Origin: Lama guanicoe | Lineage: Eukaryota | Assembly (NCBI GenBank): GCA_013239625.1 | Contig: MU054391.1 | Location: 5,911,824 to 5,975,823, forward strand | Direction of reading: 5' to 3' | DNA: 64,000 nt | Part shown: positions 37,190 through 49,824 of the stretch, one piece after another | Position numbering within the stretch: the first letter of the stretch is position 1 | How the letters are laid out: each line of letters opens with the position of its first letter | Position numbers and translations under genes: made by a program | The notes under the pieces: generated by a model | Told to the model about the DNA's origin: nothing | The model's database searches: none | What the model saw: only the letters and a program-made list of their open reading frames with translations

Positions 37190-37535
37190 GGGACGCATTT
37201 CTCCTCCTTGGGAACTGGGTGGTCCTGGGACAACCTCTGGGTAGTGACTTATGAGCAAAAGTGGGTGTGTCACTTCCAGAGTAGAAAAATTAATTATTCT
37301 GAAAGAGCCGCTCAACTTCTTTCTCGGCCACTGTGACTGGCCACATACAAGGTGGCGGCAGCTCTGTCAGCCAGGGTCTTAGACGGGGGCACCCGGAGCA
37401 TATCCCCTGGCCAGCTCGTGATGGACGAGTAGCCTAGGTAAGAACTAGGTAAGAACTAAATCTTGGCTATCCCAAGACAGTTCTACTGGGGGTGTTTCTT
37501 ACTGTGGCATAATCGAGCCTGCCCTCACTGACACA
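37190..37535 (+). mobile_element. MLT1-type (ERVL-MaLR) solo LTR remnant
   Basis: tgagcaaaagtgggtgtgtcacttcc...ggggtgtttcttactgtggcataa...ctgacaca terminus. Confidence 0.6.
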
Positions 37536-37766
37536 AAAACGGGAAAGAAATTGACACTCGTCTCCGTGAACCACGTTAGGCCCTGGAGAATAAGGGAGTC
37601 AGGTTTTCAGTTTTCGAAGTCTACACTACTCTACCTCATTGGGGATTTTAAACATGAATAAGTTTAGTAATAAAGTTAGTCTTAAATATATTCTTAGAAA
37701 CTGAGATTTTTTAAAACTGTGATTGTAATTTTTTTTGTTTTTAGTAAGAGTTGCTTTAACGGTAGT

Positions 37767-38232
37767 TGTGATGGTTAATTTTATGCGTCAATTTGACAGA
37801 GCTAAGGGTTGCTCAGATAGCTGGTAAAATATTATTTCTAGGTGTGTCTGTGAGGGTGTTTCCAGAAGAGATTAGCATTTAACTCTGTAGACTGAGTAAA
37901 AAAGACCGCCCTCACCAATGCCAGTGGGTACCATTCAATCCCTTGATGGTCTGAAGACAACAAAAAGGTGGAGGAAGGCAGAATTCTCTCTCTACCTGAG
38001 CTGGGGCACTGTCTTCTCCTGCCTGTGGACATAGTCCTTCTCATTCTCAGGCCTCTGAACTCAGACTGAATTACACCACCAGCTTTCCTGGGACTCCAAC
38101 CTGCATACAGTATATCGTGGGACCTCTCAGCCTCTATAATCCTGTGAGCCAGTTCCTATAATGTCTCCTCTTAAATATATTTATATATCTCCTATTGGTT
38201 CTGGTTCTCTGAGAACCCAAACTAATAATACA
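37767..38232 (+). mobile_element. MLT2B-like ERVL solo LTR
   Basis: TG...CA ends; tgtgatggttaattttatgcgtcaatttgac...gtgagggtgtttccagaagagattagcattt...cctattggttctggttctctgagaaccc...aataca. Confidence 0.85.
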
Positions 38233-38329
38233 GTAAGTCACATAAAATCTCTGAGTACTAAAAGAAGCAAATGTATTTTCCTACATTTCCTAAAAAGTTA
38301 AAACTTGTAGCGTGTGAAGGGTTAATAGT

Positions 38330-38410
38330 TGCTTCAGAGACCAGCTGTCCTACAAGGCCTAAAATACTTCCCATCCGCCCTTTACAGAAAGCGTGTGGAC
38401 CCCTGGTTTA
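38330..38410. mobile_element. MER58-like fragment
   Basis: aaggcctaaaatacttcccatccgccctttacagaaa...gacccctg. Confidence 0.6.
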
Positions 38411-39539
38411 GCTGAAAGGCCTCTGAGTTTCACCCGTTAGTCCCAGATGATAGAGTTTATTCATGAAAGAAAAGGAAGTTAATATTAACCACCTATGATT
38501 TTTTTCTTTTCTTTTTTCTTTTTTGTTTAATTTCTTATTAACCACCTACGATTTTTAGTAACTTATTTCTGCCTTCATACCTAACTCAGCATGCTCACCT
38601 GGGGCCCCAAGTGAGACTGTTGTGTTATGAAACCCAAAGCAGAAAGGTTCTTGCAGACAAACCAGCCTTCGCAGTTTTTAAATTCCTTCTTGTATATGAA
38701 CCAGAAACTAGATGTGAAAGTCACCTTTACCTTCTACCTCTATATTTTATTTCTTCCTTACAGATAAAATGTTAAAAGCGTTTCCCTTCCCTTCTTCTTT
38801 CTCTTATTCAGATACAAATGAAAGGAAAAAAATCTTTTCAATTTTTTGCAAGTATCAACGCTAGGAATATATTCAGTTATTTTTAATCCACTCAAGAATA
38901 TTTATCCAAATGCTTTGATTATTTAAACTGAAAGCAAACATATCCCAAAATGAAATAGTTAGAAAAGCAAGTCAATCTGTTTGAACACGTATACCCACCA
39001 TATAAATGCAATTTGATTCAACTCTGCGAACATTGGTAAAGCACTTACCATGTGATTCACTTGGGGAATTTACAAAGAAATGATTCCTGATCCTTGCCTT
39101 CAAGGAGCTCAGGGACCAGTGGGAGAGACAGCTGTGTTACATAATTAAAATGAAGTGAGAAATGTGAAATGACAGGTACAAAATACAGAAGGAGAATTTA
39201 CATGAGTTAGTAAGTCAAGAAATAAACCATGCAGAAAACACCAGAGCTGGGGATTTTTCTTTTGAGCAGAGAGTCTCAGAAGCAGAGGCCAAGGCACGGA
39301 GCTGTGGAAGGCGCGGCACAGGCTGGTGCTTGGTGTGCCCAGGGGTGAGGGCAGGGAAATGAGAGCTAGTACCACCTTCCAAATGCCCTCACGGGTACTT
39401 AGCTTACTGCTATAGTGGGGGAAACAGCAACCTGATTTTTATAAAGAATCCTGCATATGGCATGGAATGAAATCCTAAATTAAACAATGGCTTTCCAGCC
39501 CCAGCCCACTCCCCTCCCACCTCCCGACATCACTCTGCC

Positions 39540-40300
39540 ACTTGGAGCGCAGCCAGTGCAGTCCTCTGCTGGCGCTGATGTGTGACAGCCACTGCGAGTG
39601 TGAGCACACGGTAAACAAGGGGGTGTGGAGCTGGCACTGGAGGGCGCCCTGGGGAGTGCATGCTCAGAAGAGAGTCCTGAAGGACAGGGTCCCTGAGAAA
39701 GGATTTCAAGCTGTCATTGAGCGCTGTGGTGCCCTGGGCACTCTGAGGTTCTGGTGGTTAAACCTTTGGCAGCATCATGGAGTAGATTCTGTGGTCTCCC
39801 ATTTGATGGACAGCGAGGCCAAGACACTTGCCCACAGTCACACAGCTAATGATGCTAGGGCCTCTGGTGGCCTTGCAGCAACCCTTGTTGCCCCCACAAC
39901 ACCTGTCCTAATGCTGAGCCCAGGTGTCCCGGGTCCTGGCCATGCCTCCGTCACCAACGAGCCACCCTAACCAGCAGAGCAGCAGACGGTTACCCGAATG
40001 ACTTTGGTAGCACTTTTGAAGCACATGCTCCTGTCCTCTGAGGAGCCTCTTCCCCAGGCCATGGCTGTACCAGCATCTTCCAGCCCCTAAAAAGATCCCA
40101 GTCCGGCTTTCAGTTTGTGTGACCTGGCAACCGTATGCCCACCTCTGGCAGCCAACTGCGGGAGAGAGTCATCTGACTTGGTGTGGCGCCTCCACCATCA
40201 TGACATCATGCACCTCTAAGACCAAATAAGATTAAACACCAGCTGCCCTTACAGCAAACTTTGGTTGCCATGGTAACCGGGCCATCAGACTCTTCCTGGC
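39540..40300. promoter_or_regulatory. Candidate RFX/forkhead enhancer upstream of CYS1
   Basis: X-box GTTGCCATGGTAAC 40264-40277, second X-box GTGACCTGGCAAC 40119-40131, forkhead GTAAACAA 39611-39618, CTCF-like 39631-39649. Confidence 0.5.
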
Positions 40301-40924
40301 TTGAACGAGGCCAGCAGCACTACTGTGGTTTGAGCTCCAAAATGCAGCCGCAGCAGGTCCCTCTCTGGCTGTGCGCTGCGGAACTCTGGGTCAATGGTCC
40401 GGGCGAGAGGGGGTGGGTAGGGGCAGAAGGGCCTCGCCTGACTGGCTGCAGGGTTCTTCAGCCTCAGGAGTAAATTTCAGAGTTAGTGCTTTAATGTGTT
40501 CAGGAGGATCCACCCTTTCCTTAGCCATCAGTGCTTTGTTGGAGAAACAGGCAACACGAAGGGGATGTTTTGCTGCCTCCCAGACCCAGCTCTGTTGATC
40601 AGCAGTGGCCACGGTGACCAGGGATTGGCAGTCCCTGGGCTAAGAGCCGCAGTGAGCCCGGGACCAGGCTAGGGAGAGACCTGGCTTCCACTGCTCCTGT
40701 CCTGGGGTGGGCTACCTGGGCAGGTGGCCCGAGCTCCACCCTGGCCCCAGACTCCTGCCCAGACTTGGAGCCCAAGGAGAAAGGAGAGAGGAGCCAAGGA
40801 GATCAAGAAACCATCCTGGATTGGAGGAGAGTGAGGAGACATGACAACAAAACACAGGGAGGGATCCTGTATCACAAAACGACAGGAGGGAGAAAAATTG
40901 GGAAACCTGGATAAAGCCTTACTT

Positions 40925-41465
40925 GGGGTCCTCCTCGACTCCTCTACCCTCACCTTCAAACCATCAGCAACTCCCTTAGTTCTGCCTTCTCATTACATAT
41001 CTAGAATCTGGCCACTTCTGACCACCTCCATTGCCCTCTCCCATCCCTCTCCAGCCTCCTGGGTCTCCTTGCTCATCCTCAACCTGGCCAGACACACATG
41101 CACCTCAGGGCCTTTGCACTGACTGTGTGTCACTCTTTCAGGAAGCTGCACAGCTCACATCCATCCACCTCTCTCATCCCCACTCCCTCCCCCCATTTCA
41201 TCATCACAGGGAGGCTTATTTTAAATTAAATCTCCCCTCCTACACTTCAGACTCTCTTTGTTTTGCTCTAATTTTCTTTCCATAGCCCTTTCTCCTTCTA
41301 GCATACAATTTAATTTACTTATTAATTATGTGTATTGTTTGCTTCTGTTTTTCTCCTACTGGAATATAAGCTCCCAGGGGCAGGGTTTTTTTCCCTGCTG
41401 TCCCTAGCAATGACCCCAGCAACTAGACTTAGTACTGGGCCCTCAGTAACTCTTGTTGATCAGTG
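40925..41465 (+). mobile_element. L2 fragment
   Basis: ggggtcctcctcgactcct...atctagaatctggccacttctgaccacctcc...cctcagggcctttgcact...ggaatataagctcccaggggcagg. Confidence 0.7.
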
Positions 41466-41649
41466 TGAGAGAAGGGGGTGTGACAGCCACTTTTCTTCTC
41501 CAGGGTCAAGCAGGGCAAACCATCCATAAACTCTTCTTTCAAAAGTGTTTGTTTCTCTAGAGCAGAAATATGTCTGGTCACATGCACACCATCCAGCCAA
41601 GGCCAACACAGAAATGAAGTCCATTCTCAAGTGTTAGCTTTGTGGAGCA

Positions 41650-42065
41650 GTGACACCTTGGGAACGGAGACATTCGGGTGTGAATCTGGTCTGCATCAGC
41701 TGCGTAGCTTAATCTCACTGTGCCTCAGTTTCCTCATCCATCAAATGGGGATGAATAACACCTGCCTCGTCAGGTTGCTGTGAGAAGTGAATGAAATTTT
41801 TTTCTTTTTTTTAAACTCAACTGTCATTTTTTAAAGTTTAGGGGTTTTTTTTGGTGGGGGGAGGTAAGTAGGTTTTTAGTTATTTACTTATTCTTAGAGG
41901 AGATACTGGGGATTAAACCCAGGACGATGCATGCTAACTATGTACTCTACCACTTGAGCTATACCCTCCCTTGGAAAAGTGAATGAAATTAAATGCAGTA
42001 ACTCATGTCAAGCCATTAGCACACGACACGGTCTGGCCCATAATAAGCACTCAGAGGATGTGGGC
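41650..42065 (+). mobile_element. MIR SINE interrupted by a Vic-1 insertion
   Basis: cttaatctcactgtgcctcagtttcctcatccatcaaatgggg...gttgctgtgag, resumes after the SINE with tagcacacg...ggcccataataagcactca. Confidence 0.75.
41799..41976 (-). mobile_element. Vic-1-like SINE (antisense)
   Basis: tactggggattaaacccaggac...ctctaccacttgagctataccctccc; perfect 14-bp TSD aagtgaatgaaatt at 41785-41798 and 41977-41990. Confidence 0.9.
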
Positions 42066-43484
42066 TCAAAATGCACTGGTAAAAGACGATGGTTTAAAAT
42101 CCAAAAGACATTTTTCCAGAGAATTAATGGGGAAAGCCAGTTATTCCCTAGAGCTCATGAGAAACGTTTGGTTAATTGAACTGAGGACATACAATCAGCT
42201 AAAGGATGCTATCAGTCCGGTGAGCACTGATGGGGGACACGCCGGCCACTGTACCGAGACGGGCAGGGCTAATTTCTCGAGCACTGCACAACTTGGTTTC
42301 ACCTTCTGGCACTGAACTCATCATAGGATGAGAGCAGAATGGGACAGAGCTCAAAGGACATCTAGCGATGACAGGGTCTAAATGCCATCCTTTCGGATGA
42401 GCAAGCTGAGGCCTGGAGAGGTGGTAATACCTGGCTCGGGGTCACACAACTGGTGTGTGTCACACACCACAGCCCTTCTCCGCGTCCTGCCGGAGGACTG
42501 AATGAGGTGCGTAGGCAAAACCCCTTAGCCAGGTGGCTGTCCCACTGAGTGTGTAGCTTCCCAGGGTCACACCAGCTGGAGGAGAAGAGAAATTCCACAG
42601 AGGTCTGCCTACTTCCAAAATCGTGCCCTTTTGGATGCTCAGCATGACTGTATCAATAACTAGAAAATGGATTAGCATGTCTCCTTTGTAAAAGACCTGT
42701 GGCCTGGTGTCATCTATGGAAAAACAGCTCTGCCCCAGGCCCCTGCTCTCAGCCTCGGCATGTGAAGCCTGAGCTCCCTTCTCCTTCTCTGTCTCTCAGT
42801 CCTTTTTCAGATCACAATTGCTCTCACCTGGAGAGCAGAGAGTGCCTCCTGCTTGGCTTCTAGCCTGGAGGGAAAGACCCTGTTAGCGACATGAAGGCCA
42901 AGCCTGCCCCCTGCTGACCACTAGTGGTAAACGTTTCCAGGACAATAACCCCAGTTCAAGCTGAGTGAGGGCTCCCAGAACCTCTACATGGGGCAGCCAC
43001 CTGCCCTTAAGTTGAGGAAGTGAGCGTAGCTTTGGGCTTTGACCGATGCCCTTTGGAAAGTGCACTGTTTGATTTGAATTGAATGTTTATTTGAGGAGAC
43101 ATGTTCCATCCCCCAACTTCACAGCACCGGTGGCTGTTTCTTCAATGACCCTTAATTTACCGTTCATCAGGTCCTACCATGGGCCAGGCAGCCTACTAAG
43201 GGCTGTAGGAAATACATAGATTTCTAAGACCTTTATATCAACTCACAAAGACGAAAACACAGCATGGTGTACCATGCAACTCGTGGAGCGCCTGTTACGT
43301 GCTGAGGAGCATGCTCTGCACTTCCTTAAAGGCGGTAACGGTTGGAACCATGACCGTAAGACAGGGCACACACACCACACAGCGAGTGCCCGGTAATTGT
43401 CAGTGATCATCAGCTTTACCACTGGTCAAGGATGACTGGGCACGTTGGAGTGGAGATGGGCTTTTAGTGGGATGAAGTGTGTAT

Positions 43485-43497
43485 ACACACACACACA

Positions 43498-43531
<34 letters not shown>
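43485..43531. repeat. (CA)n microsatellite with one GA interruption
   Basis: Direct reading. Confidence 0.95.
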
Positions 43532-43535
<4 letters not shown>

Positions 43536-45591
43536 TATGTATATACCTGCTTTAGTTCAAACGCTTTTTCTCTTAATGCATCCATGGTGCTGGAAAAAAG
43601 AAGTTGACCTTGAAATGGTTTCTCCCTCTTCCCAGAAAGGCCAGTGAGAGCAGAGTGGGGTCTTCCTCGCACACCTCCTCCTGTAGCTGAGGAAGACCCC
43701 GAGGGTGAAGGCCAGGTGGTGGCCCAGGAGCCCAGGGTACCATCTACCTGTTCCGATTTCAGTCTTGGTCAGTGAGGTTAACAGAGTTCTTTCCTGCAGG
43801 ATTCTCAGGCTCTCAATCTGCTAATGGGACCTCCAGGAGGGAACTGAGGGGGTAACATTTCCCAGAACCTTCTTTCAAGGAGTGCTTCTTAGAGACCAGT
43901 GTTCAGGGGGAAAACCGTGTCCCCATGGACTTGTGCGGACCCTGTAGAGCCAACTGGGCAGGCAGCTGTCCTTGGTGCTTCCGAAACCCAGCCCTGGCCC
44001 TGTGCAAGCTGCCCCAAAGAGCCATTCTCTGCAGGCTTAGGCGTAATATCGCAGACAAAAGCTATTCTTGGTCCTACATCTGGAGAGTTAAAGGTGCGCA
44101 CGGGGTCTCTGTGAAAGCAGGGTGAACTGCTCAGGCTCACTGTCACACGGCCCTGACAGCAGAAGTCTCAAGGCGTCGGGGTCACTAAACACAGCAGCAA
44201 TGCAGCCAGGGGTCAATGGTTGGATCCATTTCTTCCTTTGCCAAAAAGCCAAGACAAGCCACTGGAAACACACACAGCTGAAGCGGCCCCCGTGTGCGGC
44301 CCAAAGGCAAACGAACGTGTTGGGTTCTTAAGAGGTTTTGCCTCCTCATTCTTAGGAATAGTGTGGGGACTGAAGTCAAAGCCATTATTTCTGCTTGTGG
44401 CTTCCAGACAATGACACTGGATTTGGAATTCCTTTAACCAAGGTCTGAAGGAAGAAAGAGAGCCGCTCTAATGGATGAGCAACTAGTGTTGGTGAAACCC
44501 AGTCAGAGAGAGGTGGCAGCAGAGAGAGCACTTGCTTGGATTGCCGTGGTCAGACACAGCCAAGGCTAGAGACGGAACACTGAGCATCTGGGCTGGGCCC
44601 TGAGGATGCAGAGCCAGTAAGATCCAAGGCACTCATGGTCTAGAGTGGAGGACAGATCCTTAAGCAGAGGGTTAGAATGCCACCAATGGGGTCTCCTGGG
44701 AGCATCGTGGAGAAGGGGCAGCTTGCTCCAGTGGGTGTGGGTCAGGGCTCTGGGTTGCCAGCAACTACCACATGTAAGCCAAAAATAATTCATGAGGAGT
44801 TGGGGAATGATAGAACAACTGGAGAGCTTGGCTCCAAAAACAAGCAGGACGGAAAGCAGGCTGGACAAGAGCCCAGTGCAGGGCAAGAGGAGGGCAAGTG
44901 GTGGCTCCTGAGAAATGCACCCGAGCTGTGTGCTCAAGAATCAGGAGGAGAAAGGAGGAGGCAAGGGGCTGGATGAGCAAGGGCTTCTGGGCAGAATTGC
45001 ATGGTGAGCACAGGACAAGCGGGTCCATGGTGCTGGAGCAGAGGGCAGAGCCCAGGGTTGGTGGGGCAGGCTGCGAAGGGCTCAGGGCCAAGGGAAATTG
45101 CAGGACTGGCTGTACCCTGGAACAGGGAGGGAGAGACAGGGTGGGCATCTGGCAGTGGGTAGGGTGTGGGATTTAAGGGGGGGTGCTTCAATGAGCTAGA
45201 TCACTTGGGTCCTGCCCCGCAAATGGGAAGCATTGGAAAGCCCCTGCCCTTCCAGGGTCTGACCAGGGAGGGTGCCAGCGATGGAAAGACAAGAGGAGAT
45301 TCAAGTATAGGAGAAGGGAGATTAGTGAGACCTCATAATGGATTTGAGGGTGATTGCTGGATGACCCTTTAAACGAGGGACGAAAACCCAGAGTGTGTGG
45401 GGCCCAGAAAACTGGGGATAGTGCCCGGCCTCAGGACCTTGTAATCCCAAAGGGAAAATACTCTATGCTGAGCCCATAAAACCATCCCCAAGGCCTGCAG
45501 GGTTTGTGGCAGTTTGAGTCAGGCGTCCCTGATCGCTTACTGTCCTTACCATCACTGAAGTAGAACATCTTCATTGTCCATGAAGCTCTTT

Positions 45592-45594
45592 ACA

Positions 45595-45632
<38 letters not shown>

Positions 45633-45651
45633 CACACACATGCACACACAC
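45592..45651. repeat. Compound (CA)n microsatellite
   Basis: Direct reading. Confidence 0.95.
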
Positions 45652-45758
45652 TCAGTAGGATAAAACCCTCAATATGCAAAATTAGAAAACACACTGGGAC
45701 TCACTACCTTGGGAAAACTGCTCTTGTCCAGTGACTGCTGCTGCTAAAAACAGGCATC

Positions 45759-45902
45759 GGGGAGGGTACAGCTCAGCGGTAGAGCGCCTGCTTAGCATAC
45801 ACAAGGTCCTGAGACTGCTATGAAAAAATGCATAAATAAATAAACCTAATTACCTCCTTCCCCAAAAGAAAAAAAGTTAAAACAAAACAAAACAAAACAA
45901 AA
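45759..45902 (+). mobile_element. Vic-1-like SINE with a damaged or deleted B box
   Basis: ggggagggtacagctcagcggtagagcgcctgcttagcatacacaaggtcctg...aaacctaattacctcc, (aaaac)n tail. Confidence 0.85.
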
Positions 45903-46164
45903 TGAGTTAACACTAGCAGCCCTTTTGCGCCCCACCTTCTCCCCAGGGACACCCAGGTTGGCCCTTCCATACTGTCTTCCAACAGGAGGAACTGAGCTTT
46001 GCGAGGAGAGCTGATTCCATGTCTTGGGGCAGGAACTAAGTCAGGTGAGTCTGGACCGTCCTGTTGCCCCCAGGAATCAAGAGGACCATCTAACACATCA
46101 GGGTGGCACTGAAGGAACCAAGGGACTGCCAACATCCCACTGACTTCGCTGTGCACCAGTGCCG

Positions 46165-46870
46165 ATATTTATTATTGTTCTGAGGTGTGATTGACATTAA
46201 ATTCATTTCAGATGTGCAGTATGATGACTCGATATGTGTATGTATTGCAGAATGATCACCACAGTAAATCTCATGAACATCCATCACCTCACATAGTTAC
46301 CGTTGTTTTTTCTTGTGATGAGAGCTTTTCAGATCTGCTCTGAGCAACTTTCAGATAGAGGATACAGGATATTAACAACAATCACCATGCTGTACATGAC
46401 ATCCCCGGGACTTCTTTATCTTGTAACCGGAAGTTTATACCTTTTAACCTTCTTCACTCACTTCCCCTAGCCCCTGCCCCAGCCCTCTGGCAACCACCAA
46501 TCTGTTCCTTGTATCCATGAGGGTTTTTCCTTAGGTTCTACATATAAATGTGGTTGTACAATATTTGTGTTTCTCTGTCTGACTTAGTTCACTTAGCACA
46601 ATGCCCTCAGGGTCCACCCATGTTGTTGCAAATGGCAGGATTTCCTTCTTTTTATGGCGAGTAATATTCCACTGTGTGTATATACCACATTTTCTTTGTC
46701 ATTCATCCACTGATCGACACTTAGATTGTTTCCACGTCTTGGCTATTGCAAATAATGCTGCAGTGAACATGGGGGTACAGATATCTGTGTATCTTTTCGA
46801 GTTAATATTTTCATTTCCTTCAGACAAATACCTAGAAGTGGGATTGCTGGATCATGCGGCAGTTCTAGTT
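46165..46870 (-). mobile_element. L1MA/L1MB-like 3' end
   Basis: tcacttagcacaatgccctcagggtccacccatgttgttgcaaatggcaggatttcc...aataatgctgcagtgaacatgggg...gaagtgggattgctggatcat. Confidence 0.9.
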
Positions 46871-47519
46871 CAATATCAATAGTTATGATTTGCTAAAATA
46901 GGTCTGTGAAAGACTGTGAGTTCACTACAGTACTTAAAGGAGAAAGGGCACCTTAAGTACACAAAAAGAGAGTAGTGTCGCAGAAGATAGGGTTATGTAA
47001 TTTTATTGATTTTTAAAATAAAAATGAGTAACTTGTTACTTCTATTGAATGTAGTTTCTAAACTCAGAAGTGCATGAGCGTGTGACACACTTAAACTCAT
47101 AAGTCTCGAGGGCCTTGTAAGGACTTGGATTTCTGCCTCGTGTGAGATGGGACAGATGAGATCAAAGTGCATCAGGACCAGCGCTGAGTGTGGAACCCAG
47201 GAATCTCACCCCTGTCCACACTTCCCACCACCTCATCCTGCCCCGTCTCTCTGGAATATTTTCTTGCCCCTTTGGGTTAGGTCAACCCACCCAAAGCGTG
47301 ATTCTGCAGGTTTTTTAAAACGTGCATCACCCAGGCCCAGTCACCAGCCTCTGTAATCTCCCCGCACGGCATGGGGCTGAGCCAAGATAAGCCTCCCATC
47401 AGGCACAGGCAGAGAGAGGGCAGCGACACCTCCCCAGGGCTCATCAGGCAACACAGTGGGGCTTTTGGATGGTGGGTACAGGGGGGCCTTGGAAATCCCT
47501 GGAGCAAAGCTCACAATCA

Positions 47520-47740
47520 TCATAATAGCTAACATTTATTGAGAATTACGCTGTGCCAGGCACTCGGCTAGATCTGCCGTGAATTCTCTGATTTAATAAC
47601 ATCCTACCGCAGTACGAGTACCCCATTTTACAGATGAGGGAAGTAAAGCTCGGTGACCGAGCAGCCGGTCCAGTTACATAGCCAGGATGCGGCAGGGAGG
47701 ATCAGCCTCCGTATGTCTGACTCCAAAGGCCACACACTAA
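47520..47740 (-). mobile_element. MIR SINE
   Basis: aatagctaacatttattgag...tgtgccaggcact...ccccattttacagatgagggaa...gtctgactccaaagg. Confidence 0.85.
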
Positions 47741-47909
47741 AGTCATGGCCCTCCATTTACATGTGCCACCTCAAATGAATCTGGTCTCTTCTCAAACTTT
47801 TTCAACGTTTTTTGCTAAGCAGGGTTATGTGATATGCAGCAGATAACAGTATTAATTTTGTTCCAAACTCTACATTGTTCCCCCTGTTAAAATACTCCTA
47901 TAAAAGTAA

Positions 47910-48680
47910 GTGCTGGAAATGTACATCAAAACCACAATAGCAATTATTAAAAAAAAATAAGATAAGTGTTGGTGAGAATGCAGAGGAATTGGAACCCTTG
48001 TGCACTCTTGGTGGGAATGTGAAATGGTGCAGGCACTTTGGAGAACAATATGGCAGTTTCTCAAAAAATTAAAAATTAGATTCTCTACACTTAAAAAATT
48101 TTTTTGTAATGAGAAAGAAAAGAAAAAGTACATGCCACATTTTCTAACCACAATGCAATAAAAACAGAGTGGAAACTAAAGGATATTCAAAACTGAAATC
48201 AAACCAACATGAATAATTAACATTTTTGACCTTCTAAATAATTCAGATGAAGGTAGAAATAAAAACCAAAATTTCAAACTATTTAGAAAAAATACAAAAA
48301 TGAGGTTGCCACCTGTTAAAATCTGTGGGATTTGTACAAAGCATACTCAAAAGAATATGTAAGGACATTAATGAGTTCAGTCTTTAAAATTGCTAAATGC
48401 AATGTGGGATCCTAGATTGGATCCTAGAACAGAGAAAGGACCTAGGTGAGAAATCTAGTGGAATCTGAATAAAGTCTGTAGTTAATAGTATGGCACCAAC
48501 ATTGTCACCAACACTGTGGTGGTTTTTTGTTTTGTTTTGTTGTTATTTTTTTAGTTTTAACAAATGTAAGATGTCATTATTAGGGGAAGCTAAATGGAGG
48601 GTATATGGGAACTTTCTGTAATATCTTTGTAATTTTTCTGTAAATCTGAAATTATTTCGAAATTAAAAGTTCAAAGAAAA
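47910..48680 (+). mobile_element. Mosaic of old L1 fragments
   Basis: aagtgttggtgagaatgcagaggaattggaaccc...ggcagtttctcaaaaaatt; taaatgcaatgtgggatcctagattggatcctagaacag (L1MC/MD-type 3' UTR). Confidence 0.7.
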
Positions 48681-48699
48681 AGACAGCAGTTTATAGTTA

Positions 48700-48998
48700 C
48701 ATGGGTGTCAAGAGGAAGGGCATAGAGCATTCACTTGATGGCAGACAGTGTGGACCAGAACCTAGCAATGGGGCACTGGGCTCCTGATACCAGTCCACTG
48801 ATCACAGCACTGGGTGCAGCTCCTGTGGGGGACCAGTTCTACATGTTTTGGGAGTTGCTCCTGGAGGCCCAACCTTGAGCCCATCCCTTTAGCTCTTCCA
48901 ATAATTTTATAAGCACTAATTCCCCTTAGTAAATCCTCTTCTGCTTAAATTGGCTACCGTAGTTTCTTTTATTCTCAACTGACCCCTAACTGAGGTAC
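48700..48998 (+). mobile_element. ERVL-type LTR remnant (LTR33/LTR16-like)
   Basis: ccaataattttataagcactaattcccc...taaatcctcttctgcttaaattggcta...actgaggtaca terminus. Confidence 0.45.
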
Positions 48999-49339
48999 AG
49001 ATAGAAACACGGAATATATTCACCTCATAGGAGGAAGTGGAAAAGCTGTCAAATGTTCACCTCCCTCTGCACAAAAAGGTGGCAATCCTTGATAGTTTTT
49101 ACAGGCAAATTCTATCAAACTTACTTACAAAAAATAGATCTTTTAAATTATATCAGCGCAAAGAAAAATACGTAAAAATTCTTAATTTTATTCTAATGAA
49201 ATTACTTGAATTCCAAACTATGTAAGATTAGAGAACATAATAAAAGATTAACACTTTTATTTAAAAATGATGCAAAACCTAAATAATCCTACTGGTTCCA
49301 GTAGAGTAATAAAAGAATAAAAGACTGACAGAGACTAAC

Positions 49340-49570
49340 TTTGTAGTTAAAAGCACAGATTCAGGAATAAGATTGAGGAGGTTCAAATTTGGTTCCACCT
49401 GTTTGACTTTGGGTAAGTTACCTAACCTGTCTGTTTCACTTCCTTCATATGTAAAATGGGGATGATGACGTACCTACCTCATGGGGTTGTTATAAGTTAA
49501 AATATGTAAATACAAAAAGTGTTTAGGAAGGTAAGTATGTGCAGTACATGCTGTGTATGAGTTGCTGTTA
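49340..49570 (+). mobile_element. MIR SINE
   Basis: gactttgggtaagttacctaacctg...catatgtaaaatggggatgatgacgtacctacctcatggggttgtt. Confidence 0.8.
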
Positions 49571-49824
49571 TCACTAATATCAGTCTAGCTGCAATGTAGC
49601 AAATTGCATCAATAAACTTAAGGAGAAAAATCACCCAATGTTATTGGCAGATGCCAAAAGAGTTTTTGATTAAATTCAACATTCCTCATAAAAACTCACT
49701 GTGACCTAGGAAAATAAAGAAATTTATTTAACATAATAAAAAATGTGTGTCAAACATCAACAGATACTTTGGGGTAAAGGGAGTGAAGTTAAGCCAGATC
49801 ATAGATATGCTTGATTCACTTTCC

